This document shows, piece by piece, positions 1 through 12,744 of a DNA stretch of 64,000 nucleotides (within the stretch, counting starts at the first letter, position 1; each line of letters starts with the position of its first letter). The translations under genes and the position numbers were made by a program. The notes beneath the pieces are model-generated. The model saw only the letters and a program-made list of their open reading frames with translations, had not been told where the DNA came from and searched no databases. The DNA comes from Anolis carolinensis (Eukaryota), in assembly GCF_035594765.1 (NCBI RefSeq), contig NC_085843.1, positions 21,219,955 to 21,283,954 of the forward strand. Reading direction: 5' to 3'.

Positions 1-725
1 TTAGGGTTATATCTTCACATGTGGTGGTTATGTAAAATTATACAAAAAATTTGGGAAATGATGTTTAAAGAAACAAGAGCAATAATAAAAATAAAGATAG
101 AGAATACACCTAAATCAGCATTATTACTTATGCATGACAATACAATCCCAACACAAGAGGAGAAAGAACTGGTTTCTAATTTGATAACTGCAGCAAAATT
201 GTTGATAGCAAAAAACTGGAAAGAAAAACAAGAAATCCAATTAGAAGAATGGTACAGGAAAATTTGGAACATAGCTATTAATTACAAGCTGACTTGCAAT
301 ATTAAAATTAAAAAGGGAATATCGAAACAAACAGATTTTTGGAAAATATGGGGAAAATTATTGAGCTTATTTTTAATGAGGGAAAGGGGTACAAGCCAGC
401 AACAGAGGCAATGAAATTTTGGACTTGTGAAACAAAATGAGTCGGTTAGTTTTAGTGAAGGGGGGCACAAAGTAAGGGGAAGGGGGGAGGTATAACAACA
501 ACAACAACAACAACAAAAGTAAAACATGTATAAGTAGATAAAAAGTGTGTAGTAGAGAGATATGTAGTAAAGTTGTAATGGAAAAGTTAAAAACTGATAA
601 GAAATACACTTAAAGATATCTTTGACTTTGTTTTTCTTTACTGTTGGATTGTATACAATATATGACATGTCTGAGATATTGTAAAAGGAGGAAAGATCGT
701 ATACTTACACATTTTGATTAATTAT
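1..725 (+). mobile_element. L1-clade LINE 3' end (ORF2 C-terminus plus 3' UTR), cut by the window edge
   Basis: ORF 19-414 with (YLH)MWWLC..IQKIW, LITAAKLLIAKNWK and W-rich tail typical of the non-mammalian L1 ORF2 C-terminus; followed by a G/A-rich UTR. The 3' boundary is approximate. Confidence 0.8.
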
Positions 726-1768
726 TTAAAAAGTTGAAGTTTATTCACTGTAATGTACCAAGTAAAAATTCACAGCTCTTCTTCCTTTTCTATTTGCATA
801 CATACAAAAGATAAAATGTTCTATACCCTTTTAAAACAATTGGTTAAAAACGAATAATTCAGTGATAAATTCCATTGAAAATAGATGCCAGTCCCACTAA
901 AGGTTTGTGACTTTCACACTACCAGCTTACTTTTAAAATTAGTTTACTTTGCCACACCAGTGCTTGGGAAAAAATCTTTAAAGAGCCAAGTGTTGCTCTG
1001 AGTGTAATAAATGAGCAGGTGGCTAAGCAAAGCATGTTGACTGAATGTAGTGGATTTATTCTGAGGCTAACAACGCCTTTTATTGATAATCTCCCACCAT
1101 CTGTTGCAATGATTTATTCATACCAAGAAAAAAAAAAGCAGGTGAGGAAAGGGGTTGCAGATATGGTGATGCATTTATCAGGAATCAAGTGATGATTGTG
1201 CAAGCAGAATTAAGACTATAGTTAATGTTAAAACAATTACCGTCCCTTAAATGCATCTGTAATATTCTGAAATTACAAAGACTTTGTCCCTTCATGGTTC
1301 TGTGTATGCCAGGCAATGTCTGAGGATGCCAGGATCCATGGGAACTACATTGCCCCATAGTTCCAAATAGTAATGGAATTTTTAGCAAAAGATATCACAT
1401 ATCATCCAACAGATTCAGATTGGCAGGCACAGTCCTCATTAATCATCTTTTGGTATAGCCAAGCAACATGAGAGTGTAGTCAAGATAACAAAGGTTATTG
1501 ATGAGAAAGAACATCAGGAGAGGTGGCATGAGCTTTCTATGATGGGCATGATTCTGCATCCTCATCTCCCTCCAGTTGAGTTAATTGAGAGAAAACTATT
1601 TTTGTACTTGAATTCAGTTTTCAGCATTTGAGATAAGCTTAAGATAAAGAGGGGAAGTGGGAGGGAAAGAGAGGACCTGGGTATTTTAGAAACAGCTGAA
1701 AAAGTGGTGCGACAGGGGATCAGAATTGTCTTGTCAAATCAAGATGGTATGATATAATTCTGTATGGG

Positions 1769-1769
<1 letters not shown>

Positions 1770-1811
<42 letters not shown>

Positions 1812-2325
1812 GTTTATGTTTATTTATAACCTGCTTTTTCTCTCCATAAGGAGACTCAAAAGTGGCTAACATTAAAAGCATTACAATACAGTTTAAAATA
1901 TGCAAACATTAAAACAGTATTAAACATCATTAGAATTAAAAACAATCCAGATTAAATTCATAAAAAACATAAAAAACAGCAGCCCCTGACATGATCTTAA
2001 AGATACTAAGCACCTTCATCTTTAAAAGCCTGTCTGTAAAAAGGTTTTATCCTGCTGCTGGAGGGACAGCAGGGAGGGGGCCAATCTAGCTTCTCTGGGC
2101 AAGGAGTTCCAGAGTCGAGGGGCAACCACCGAAAAAACCCGCTCTCTCTTTTCCAGCAAATGGGGTTGAAATGGAGGTGGGATTGAGAGAAGGCCCTCTC
2201 CTGAAGATCTCATGGCCTGGCCAGGTTTGTTCAAGGAGACACGGTCAGCCAAATAGCCTGGATCTGAACTGTCGCCAGCCCCAGTAAGCAACCCAGCTGC
2301 AGCTCTTTGGACCAGCTGAAGTTTC
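1770..2325 (-). mobile_element. L2 LINE 3' fragment with (TAA)n tail
   Basis: Minus ORF has RVFSVVAPRLWNSLPREARLAPSLLS (L2 ORF2 C-terminus); conserved 3' stem-loop region at 1826-1870; (TTA)n at 1770-1810. Confidence 0.85.
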
Positions 2326-3154
2326 TGTCATAATTAGCATAACTGACACAAGACCAGATAAACAACTTTGATCATAAACACTAGGGTAAAACCCAAACAG
2401 TTTACTGAAGAAATAACAAGGCAGGACACATTAATGGTTATGAAATTTTTTATTTAAATATAATTCCAAATAATTTTTCAGAATTGTGCAAAGAACAGCT
2501 AGCAATCTCAAGAAACAATTCACCTAAAACTCAGTGTCATAAATTCTCTATTCCCAGAGCTTGTTATATATAAACTAGTACAATTCTGAGAAAACAAGAA
2601 TTTAGCTCAGATTGAGCTAATGAAAACTAATCTAATTTTTAAAAAGCCCACCTACCTATAATATTCATATTTCTCCAACCTGAGAGTGCCAATTGATATG
2701 ACTCTGCCAAAATGTTTATTTCTAGCAGATACAGAATGTTTCAGACTGTGGAATATGCAACCTTGCTGGAAAGGGTTTACAAAGTGTGTGATACAGAATA
2801 AATATGAATGCATGGATAAAGGTCAAAACGACCCTTAGGATTTAGAGTATGTGACTAACTGCTTCACTGTTTTGTGTGTACTGCTGTTCAGGAAAATCCT
2901 CCTATAACTGCATGACACAAACTATATACACCAAGAGCATTGATATCCATGAGCTGTGAGAACCCCAGTTGGATGATCATTCTTCACTTCACTACCAGCT
3001 CCTTATCTAAATCAATAAAAGGCCAAAGGGTCTTGGCAGGCAATATTTTTTCTAATATTGATCTCAATGACCAAGCTGGTGCCCTCAAGTCTAAGCATTG
3101 ATTTTTCCCTTTCTTTTTTCTTTTCTATGAGTGAAAACTGCCAACTAACTGATA

Positions 3155-3390
3155 ATAGAATCATATAGTTGAAAGAGACCACAAGGGCCATCCAATCCAA
3201 CCTGTAGTAAGACACAATCAAAGAACTCCTAACAAATAGTCTTGAGAAGAGACCATATCACACTCTGAGGCATCATATTCCACCATCAACTAGCTCTTAC
3301 TGTCAGTTGTTTTTCCTGATGTTGAGGTGGAATATCTTTTCGTATAGTTGAATCCATTGCTCCATATCCTACTCTTTGAAGTAGCAGATA
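3155..3390 (-). mobile_element. CR1 LINE 3' fragment (degenerate)
   Basis: AGAATCATATAGTTGAAAGAGACCACAAGGGCCATCCAATCCAACC and TGTTGAGGTGGAAT match the reverse complement of the CR1 3' end. Confidence 0.75.
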
Positions 3391-3638
3391 GTTTGAATAA
3401 ATTTCTCCATTCCCTACTCCCTGGTACTGCCTACTACTACTTTCCCAGAGAAATAATCTTGGTATTTCAAGGGAGGTAGTTATGGAGGTAGTTATCCAGG
3501 ATATGGAATAAGATACTTATATTGACAGGGAATACAGTATCTGGTTGGGAGCTTCATGAGATAGTGAGTAAGGTTGGCACCAAAATTGCCCATAAATAAA
3601 ACACATGTCCTTGCATACATGCAAGCATACATCACATA

Positions 3639-3961
3639 GGTAAAGGTAAAGGTTTTCCCCTGACATTAGGTCTAGTTGTGTCCAACTCTGGGGGTTGGTG
3701 CTCATCTTCATATCTAAACCAAAAAGCCAGTAGACAACTCCAAGGTCATGTGGCCAGCATGACTGCATGGAGCGCTTGTTACCTTCCCGCCAGAGTGGTA
3801 CCTATTGATTTACTCACATTTGCATGTTTTTGAACTGCTAGATTGGCAGAAGCTGGGGCTAACAGCAGAAGCTCACCCCACTCCCTGGATTTGAACCACC
3901 AACCTTTTAGTCAGCAAGTTCAGCAGCTCAGTGGTTATCCCGCTGTGCCATTGGGCACTCC
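3639..3961 (-). mobile_element. Sauria SINE
   Basis: (AGGTAA)n tail = reverse complement of (ACCTTT)n; near-identical to copies at 16569, 21531 and 46693. Confidence 0.9.
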
Positions 3962-4991
3962 CATCCATTTCATACCAGCCAAAATTTTACACAGGTGGAC
4001 AAGCAACATCAATTGTAGTCAAAATGACAAAAGGTATATAGAAAGAAATATGCATCAACTATGGGAGGCTGCAGTAATTTAAATTTTTCTGGGTCTCTTG
4101 GGAAGAGCAACATTCAGCCTCTTTCTCTCCTCTCAACTGAGTTAATAGATGCAAACTATGTTTGTAATTTGAACTCAGTTTGCAGAAATAGAGGTAAAGT
4201 AAGGATAAAGGAGGAAAATGTGAGGAGGGAAAAAAATATTTAAAAGCTTCTGAAAGAATGGGATGACAGGATTATTTGGAGCCATCCCTGTCAAATCAGG
4301 CCAGGTAGAGGATATACCATTCTAGCTTATTCTCACTTTCTCTCACACATTAACCCTCCTCCCTAGCCAGTAATGGGGCATTCTTTAAAAGTAGTTTAGT
4401 TCTAACACATAGTTAAGACCACTTTGTGCTGACTTTAAACTATGAAGGGGAAAATATGTATTGCCCACCATATTCATCTCAGGTTCCCTTCCTAAAGGAA
4501 ATCATATTTATTAATATGCTTACTAACTGCAGCCCTTTTAATATTCATATTCAACACTTTATATGATAAACTGCACAGCTAAAATCATATGAAAGCATTT
4601 GTAAAGAGGATGGGGGAATGAGAAGGAGGGTTAGATAGATTAAGCTCCACTCCTGGGTGTTCGATCCACTTTAATTTATTGCTACCTGGGCATTGTATCC
4701 TCCCTTAAAGTCATTTATATATTCTTAAAAAGATATTATGTTCACAGGGCAAGATTTACTGGGTACAACTTTATGCACAAATTTTAATAAAAATCCATTA
4801 GCTAAATTTGACCCTCAGAACCTGTGGGTACAACAATTGATACATGCATTCTCAATGTGTACACATACATGCATACACATAATTTTTATCTGAGGAGGAA
4901 GGGAGATGAGGGACTTTAATTCAGTTTTCTTTAATTCAGTAAATAGTTCTTGAGGATATCTCTTGCTTACTTGCTGAACCCAGTGCAATTT

Positions 4992-4993
<2 letters not shown>

Positions 4994-5041
<48 letters not shown>

Positions 5042-5390
5042 TTATTTGTATCCCGCCACCATCTCCCCTAAGGAACTCGGAGCAGCTTGCACACATTAAC
5101 AGTGAAGACAATAAACAAAATCATTACATAACAACAGAAATAAATTAAATCAGCAAACAACACTCATCAATAAAAGCCACTAATCAATATAAGAACAGTA
5201 ACATATCGAATTAACAGAAAAAATCCTTCATAAGTGCAAATGAACAGTAATTATGATATGTAGACGAATTAAAACATCCTAGCCAGTGGTCTGGTTAAAG
5301 GCGAAAGTCCACTTAAAACTTAGTCCTATTTAAATCTTCCAACCATTAGGTAATGCATTAACCATTGTCAAAAGCCTGTGTGAACATTAA
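4994..5390 (-). mobile_element. L2 3' end with (TAA)n tail
   Basis: TTTATTTGTATCCCGCCACCATCTCCCC..GGAACTCGGAGCAGCTT L2-type terminal motif next to a (TAA)n tract; a shorter copy lies at 5803-5875. Confidence 0.7.
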
Positions 5391-6875
5391 CATCCTTGCA
5401 CAAATATAGCCTAAATCCCGTTGTCCACATGCTACGAGCTCAAATGTCATATTAGCACTTTGGAGTTTTTAATGTTTTGGATTTCTGATACGATCATTAC
5501 TGGGCTTGAGCAAAGGTCTCATTATGAATCTTGCTTTTGGGGCTAGGTAATTCATAGAACTGAAAAATATTGGTGAGGAAGGTTGGATGATGGGGTGAGA
5601 TTAACTACTAAGAACTCACTGTATTTATCATTTGTCTCTTTCCTGAGTCACTTTGTCTCTCTTTAAAGGTCTTCATCTTACTTTGAATATAAGGCTTTTC
5701 CAGATCTCACCTTTTGATCTCTCTCTCCAGTTATCAATCAAGTCTTTTTTGGTTTCCTTATTTTTATTCTGTCTTCAATTACCTGTTTTGGAATCTCCTG
5801 GAGTATAATAAATAAATAAACTTTATTTATATCCTGCCACCATCTCCCCAAAGGGACTCGGGGCGGCTTACAAATATCAGGGTATTTTTGAGTTAGAACA
5901 AGCTTTTTTCTTCATTTTCTCTCTGTTTCTCTCTCTCTTTCTTGGAGTTCATGTGCAATTATATATTCAATATCACACTGCCCTCTATAAATTCAGGAAT
6001 GCATATTGGGGCTCAGAATGCAGAGCTGGTTTGACCATTAGGTACAGTGAGAAGAAAACCTCAGGTGTTAGGGAACCTCCCCATATACATGCTGTCTTCT
6101 AAGTTCTGCAGATGTTCTGTGTTAGAAGACAGAACTGCCCTAGCCCTTCAAAATTAACTGCTTTTTCAGTTGTGGGTAAAGGATGCCAAGACCAAAGTAA
6201 GAGTGTTCTGCTAGATGCTAGATTTACATGCAACTAGTTGTGGGTACCATTTCAGCCAGCAAACTGTATTGAGCTTACCCTGTTGGGACCTGATGTTTTT
6301 CAAATTTTGAACCCCCCCCCTAATTTTTGGAATACCTGTATTTACATATACATAGTGAATAAAGAATAGGGGCTTAGTCCTCTGACCCCCCCCCCCCAAG
6401 AGCCCCCACTCTATCACTTCTAGAAACCTGACAGGAGAAAAAAAAAGAGGGGGTAATACACAAAGTCCTTGTAGAAAACAGATATCCCAGACTCTTCTCT
6501 GCCCGTTGGCACACTTTTCACCCTTATATTAAAATAGCTGGAAAGGGAAATCTCCCTCTTGCTATGGGTCTTTTTAAAATTCTCCCTGGGTTAGATATAG
6601 ATGTTGACAAATAGGGTCTATCATTGAGGCCCATTTCCAGGATGCCTGTTCTACCATATGCCATCATTGCCTGGGCTGAAGGCAAGTGGGAAGCATCTGA
6701 GATGTCTGCATTTTACAGGAGCCTTGTATAAGTGGAGTCCTCCATTTTCCTCTACTTCTTTCCCCTATCAGGGCTCCTTGAGGAAAACTGAGCAGGCTCT
6801 GGATATACAACTAGCCCCCTTTCCCCAAATGTGGAGATGGGCAGCTGGTTGCAAAAGGTTTCAGCTTTGGGAGTA

Positions 6876-7198
6876 CAGTAGAGTCTCACTTATCCAAGCT
6901 AAACGGGCTGGCAGAACCTTGGATAAGCGAATATCTTGGATAATAAGGAGGGATTAAGGAAAAGCCTATTAAACATCAAATTAGGTTATGATTTTACAAA
7001 TTAAGCACCAAAACATCATGTTATACAACAAATTTGACAGAAAAAGTAGTTCAATACGCAGTAATGTTATGTTGTAATTACTGTATTTACGAATTTAGCA
7101 CCAAAATATCATGATATATTGAAAACATTGACTATAAAAATGGCTTGGATAATCCAGAACCTTGGATAAGCGAGTCTTGGATTAGTGCGACTCTACTG
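6876..7198. mobile_element. Tc1/mariner-pogo (Tigger-like) MITE, 323 bp
   Basis: TIRs CAGTAGAGTCTCACTTATCCAA / TTGGATTAGTGCGACTCTACTG and a TA TSD on both sides; apparently nested in an older Tigger-like element (about 6265-7235). Confidence 0.9.
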
Positions 7199-8044
7199 TA
7201 TTTCAGATTTCTGGTTAAAAGAGACTCAGCTTGTAACAAAAGGAATAAGAATGCAAGTAATGATTTCTATTATTTTCTATTTGGCAGATTATTCTGAAAG
7301 GAATCTTTTCTTAAGTGAACCTATCATTTCCTCACTCGTTCACTATCATTAAGGACTATTTTGCTGCAACGGCACCCATCTCAAAAGGCACTTATTCCTG
7401 GATCAGACTCCAACAAATAGGTAAGATAGATTTTAATTTACATTTGAGAGGATTATATGATATGTGGTGGATTTGTTAATTCTTTTTACTATATATGATG
7501 CTTTTTATATGTCCAAGGAATACTTGTAGACTAGCCTTGCTCACCAGTGGAACCATGCACTTCTCCTCCTCTGTTAAGCAATGTAAACAGAATTTTTGAG
7601 TAAAGATTTCTTTGCATGTATTGCTTTATGCTTGGAAAGCAGGGATGTAAACCTTTCATTGTCTTGTCTTCACATGCAAGAGAAAATAAGTTCCATAGTT
7701 TTCTCCCTGTTGCAAGACAAAAAAAAAACCAAATATTTTTGTGGAGCTTGCATATCTTCAAGGGTACAATGATCACAAATTTAATAAGGAATGCAGGGAT
7801 TGCGTTTTACTGATTTCCTTTTATTTTATTCTATTTTGAGAATATAGTTCTTCAGGCTAAACCTGTTGATTGCTCATTTCAAGGAGGGCCATTTTGACTT
7901 TTTTCCAAAGTGGAATAATAGTGTTTTGCATAGTGTGTCTGGCTGCCTCCTTTCTCAGAGTCAGAAGGGGATGAAGGAGATAATTTCTCACATTATAATT
8001 ACACTACTGGTGGTGATGATTGCATTCTATATTGCTGTTATGAC

Positions 8045-8235
8045 CCAGCATCACGTAGTAATGTGAGTGTTGGACTATGATTCTGGAAACCAGAGTCTGA
8101 TTCCCTACTTGGACATGGAAACCCACTAGGTGAACATGGGCAAGTCATGTTGTCTCAGCCTCAGAAGAAGGCAAAAGCAATCCCGCTCTTAAAAAAAATG
8201 CCTAGAAACCCCCATGATATGCTTGTCTTAGGGCC
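8045..8235 (+). mobile_element. tRNA-derived CORE-type SINE (old)
   Basis: tRNA-like head followed by CATGGAAACCCACT.GGTGA.C.TGGGCAAGTCA; related copies at 12576-12701(-), 25210-25316(-), 26200-26378(+), 28715-28903(+) and 54648-55062(+). Confidence 0.75.
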
Positions 8236-9401
8236 TTAAGATCTCACCATCAAGCAGGGCTGTGGGAATCAGAATACCTGTTATGATTCCTCATACCATC
8301 AGAGATCACTGTTGAAAAAAGGTGGAAATGTTTTCCTGGTATACCATTATTGCCAGCAGAATCAGCCTCCATTGCTTTCAACAGCTGCTGGCTGTTAAAG
8401 TACATTTGAAGGTTGGGAAGCAAAATATTACTTATTTATACTTTTCAATTCAGTGGGCAGTGCAGGATTTTAGCCAGCAGCAACAACAATGATTGATGAT
8501 AATAATAATGATAATCATCACAACACTTCTGATAATTTCCTGGATCTTGAAATTTTAATTATCTGAAATAAATCTGAATTATTTCAACATATTCTAGTTT
8601 CTTCTTATCAAAAGCAAAAGTTCAAAACCTATCCTTTTTAAACTCATGATTCCCCCCATATTCATTTCCCTAATAGCCCCTCATTACATTTAATCCTTAT
8701 GCTGCTCATAACAAAGGGAGGGGGGAGGAGTTATGACCATATTTCATATATATCTGATTTATATTTCTTGTATAAAATAGGCCTTTGGTCAGATTCAGTG
8801 TGAATCATCTTATGTTCTTCTGCATATTTGATTTACCATTGCAAAAACATTTGTGTCTGATTCAGACTGATCTGCCACTCCATACAGGGAACCTCCATTA
8901 TCACCTTTCTCTGGACTCATCAGTACAAAGAAAAGGGAATGTCTTGTGCCCATGTCGATGCTGTCACCACTCCTAGCTGGTTGCAGAGCTCTGTATGAGC
9001 TCCTGACCACTGTGGGCATCCCATAGTGAAATCAACAGATGGGCTCTCATGAACAGCAAGAAAGTGGAGGAATCTACCCTCCTCCTTCCTGGTCATGCAG
9101 GCACTTTGGCTGATGTCAACATAGAGCACCTGCAATGGCCAGGAGCTCATCCAGAGCTCTGCAGCCTACTGAGACAGCAGTGTTGAAATGGAAAATGAGA
9201 TGACAGCTCAGTGGGATTGATGTTGTGTTACCTGGTCGATCTATAGAGACTCCAACATTCACCACCATCCCAAGTTTGGCATAGTATGTGTGGCCACATC
9301 TGGAGCTAGTCCAGAGTAGAAATTATCTATGAATCAAATAAAATCAAAACAATTATCTTCTGAGGTCAATTCAACCTCTTTCCTCCTTCTTCTGTCTAGC
9401 T

Positions 9402-9536
9402 CAGTGGTTCTCAACGTGGGGTCCCCAGATATTTTGGGCCTTCAACCCCCAGAAATCCTAACAGCTGGTAAACTAGCTGGAATTTCTTGGAGTTGTAAGC
9501 TAAAAACACACGGGGATCCTGGGTTGAGAACCACTG
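9402..9536. mobile_element. hAT-Charlie MITE (about 135 bp)
   Basis: TIR CAGTGGTTCTCAAC..GTTGAGAACCACTG; 8-bp TSD GTCTAGCT/ATCTAGCT. Confidence 0.9.
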
Positions 9537-10732
9537 ATCTAGCTCATGCAAGAATCTGCTCAATCAATTCCCCATGATATTTTTCCTCATTTGATGCAAA
9601 CAGACTCCAGAAAGTCTGGAATATGATCATTGGAATCAAGCATGGTAGCAGCTCTGCAGAAGAGTGGTTCCTTGTTTCCTATGAACAGAAAATTCTCATT
9701 TTTAAAGTCCGATGAAAATATCTGGTACTTAATTTTTTTTTACCCACCCATCTTTTTTCATGTGGTGTTAATTCATAAGAAGTGTGTATCTGTGATAAAT
9801 TGGAAGATGCACTAATTGCATTCCTGTCCACATGCAATACCTTCTCAGTGGGTTACTTAATTAATTGCCCACCTAGTTTCTGCTTTTAAAGTTATCAATG
9901 CTGCACTTTCTCCTCCTCATCTCTAAGCAGATTAATTAGATGGATTGTAAGGTATCTCTACACATATCCTCCCATTTTCTGTCATTGGTATTGGTATGCT
10001 GTGTGCAACCTTAATTACAAAAGGGACATGGATCTCAGCGTGCACCCTCATCATTGTAACTGCAGTCATGTCAATTTCGTTTAGACTTTGTTAATTTCAC
10101 CTTCACTGGCAATTTCTCTGTAGCTAACTGACAACTTGATGGTGCTTCTATTTACAGAGGGTGGCAAATGAAACTGATTTCCTCTGGAGGCAACACTGAT
10201 GGAGTAATAGGAAATAGGATATGTGGTTCTAGAAAACAAAGGCATTGCTGATTTTCCTTGGGAGGGTAAGGATGGCAGATCCAGCCCTTATAGTGATAAC
10301 AAATTCTTAGGAATTAGTTGCATGAACCTACTACCATTCCACTATCATTGATAACAGATAAATATTGTTTGAGCACCTTCAATATTGCACTCTCTTCACC
10401 TGTGCAATTGTAACCTTTCACCAGTTTGTGGTAGCATGATCCTACTTCTGCATATCTTGTAATCCCACCTTTCTTCATTACTGTGGTCCTATTTTTTTAA
10501 ATGTATATTTCTGGTCAATTTGAAAAACAAAGGAGCTTTGAAAAACAAAAAGTCAACCGTAACTATAAAAAATAAAATAAATGGAAAAGTCAGCTTGTGA
10601 ATAGCAAGTGGGAAGAAGAGTCTAGAATAATCCTGTCCTCAGATGTCACTTTACTGTTGGTATGCTGGCACAGAAGCATCAAGCATTACAGAATTAGGAG
10701 CTATTGATGAGTTTTGCCATCAATAGCATGGC

Positions 10733-11405
10733 TGCTGCTTAGTCGTTTAGTCGTCTCCGAATTTGTGACCTCATGGACCAGTCCACGCCAGAGCTCCCTG
10801 TCAGCCGTCACCACCCCCAGTTCTTTCAAGGTTAAGCCAGTCACTTCAAGGATACCGTCCATCCATCTTGTCCTTGGTCGGCCTCTCTTCCTTTTTCCTT
10901 CCATTTTCCCCAGCCTCATGATCTTTTCCAAGCTTTCCTGTCTTCTCATGATGTGGCCAAAATACTTCAACTTTGCTTCTAATATCCTTCCCTCCAGTGA
11001 GCAGCCGGGCATTATTTCCTGGAGGATGGACTGGTTGGATCTTCTTGCAGTCCAAGGCACTCTCAGGATTTTCCTCCAGCACCAGAGTTCAAAAGCATCT
11101 ATCTTCCTTTGCTCAGCCTTCCTTATGGTCCAGCTCTCGCAACCATAAGTTACTATGGGGAATACTATTGCTTTCACTATGCGGACTTTCGTTGCCAGTG
11201 TGATGTCTTTGCTCTTCACTATTTTGTCAAGGTTGGCCGTTGCTCTCCTCCCAAGAAGTAAATGTCCTCTGATTTCCTGGCTGCAGTCTGCATCTGCAGT
11301 GATCTTCGCGCCTAGAAATATAAAGTCTGTCACTGCCTCCACGTTTTCTCCTTCTATTTGCCAGTTATCAATAGGTATAGTTGCCATGATCTTGGTTTTC
11401 TTGAC
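10733..11405 (-). mobile_element. RTE-BovB LINE, 5'-truncated
   Basis: ORF with KTKIMAT, DFIFLGAKITADADCSQEI, VFPIVTYGCESWT, DAFELWCWR, KLKYFGH, GRPRTRW; (GCA)n tail; TSD CAATAGCATGGC/CAATAGCAAGAC. Confidence 0.95.
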
Positions 11406-12701
11406 CAATAGCAAGACCAAGCAATAATAGCAAGAATAAGAGCAATAGTAAGGGCCCAGTTAATAATGGAGAGGAGGCAGATGATGTGCCTGTTATCATG
11501 TAGCAGGAACTGTCACCAAAAGTGATGGTCCAGCTGCAATGCCAGTTAGCCAGCCTTATGAGATAATTATTATTATAAAGTTCCTTGAATTGTAGATCTG
11601 GAATAGGCATTTTGGTGATTAGTATAAGAAGCCAAAGCTAAACATCCCTAACAGTTTGCCATACAACATGAATGTTTGAAAACCTACACAGGATATGGCA
11701 TTTGAAATCGAACAGTACATCTATAGAAATGTTTTTGAAACATTCTGGTGACAATCCATTGTGAACTGACTGTGTGCACAAAAATACATATGGATTTGTC
11801 ATAGATCATCTTTCTGAAGTAGAAAATGCAAGGAATAATTATTGACCTGTTTATGGAAGCGATGCCTATTGGGTATCACTAATCCATACTTGAGATGAAA
11901 ATGGAAAACCTAATATTGACAATTGCATCTATAACAAAGGAATCTCCTTAGAGAAGGTTTTGACCCTTAAGCAAACTGGCATTTGGTAAGCAGACCAATA
12001 TCTTTCACACATCAATACTAACTGACCACTTTAAAGATCTGAAAAATCTCAATCACTGTGCACCATCCTTTGAAAATTTCTGGTGAGAGTCACATTTTTG
12101 CATCTTTCTATCATCTATCCAACTCTCACAGCTATATGCTTAATAATATGAGGCTTTACTATCACTTTGTCATTCCATCGGAATGTTAATATCCATGAAA
12201 CCCCATGACAAAATATATGGAAACTGGTCTTTAAAATGCTGCTAGATTCCTTTTCTTGTGCTTCTCCCCTTTTCCTTTTGCAGCTACAGTAAACTAACTG
12301 AATCAGTAATTTGATAACAAAATGAAAATGCATCACTTTTATTTGGAATTAAAGGTGAAAATTTTGGTTTGGTTCATTTTATGCACTAAACAATAAAATG
12401 TTAAATACATCCATATCTACATCTATCTATATCTTTGATGCTGTAAGCAATAAATAATAAGCAAATGAATGGTGAAAATGAAGACATTTTTACATGAATG
12501 ACAATAAAAAGGTTACGTTCCTACATCCCTCACTGGAATTGGGTACTTTGAAGCTTCCCCCATAAACCTGCCTCTTAAGTCAGTTTGAACCTACCCAAGG
12601 GTTTTCTGGGGCTTAGAGTGTGTTGTTCACCCAAGTGTACCCAGTGGGTTTCCATGGGCAAATGAGAACTCAAACCCTGGTCTCCAAAGCCATCGTCCAA
12701 C

Positions 12702-12744
<43 letters not shown>

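Noticed and set aside
2326-2700. Possible LTR 3' end on the minus strand (AGTAAA...TGACA) cutting the L2
   Set aside because: No matching 5' TG end or TSD found; too degenerate to call.
4815-5111. Poly-Y, poly-N and poly-I ORFs (also at 1720, 21837 and 61368)
   Set aside because: These are translations of (TAA)n microsatellites.
7288-7420. Exon-like segment (TTTTCTATTTGGCAG| ... AG|GTAAGA)
   Set aside because: Stops in all three frames; it could only be a non-coding exon, and there is no transcript evidence.
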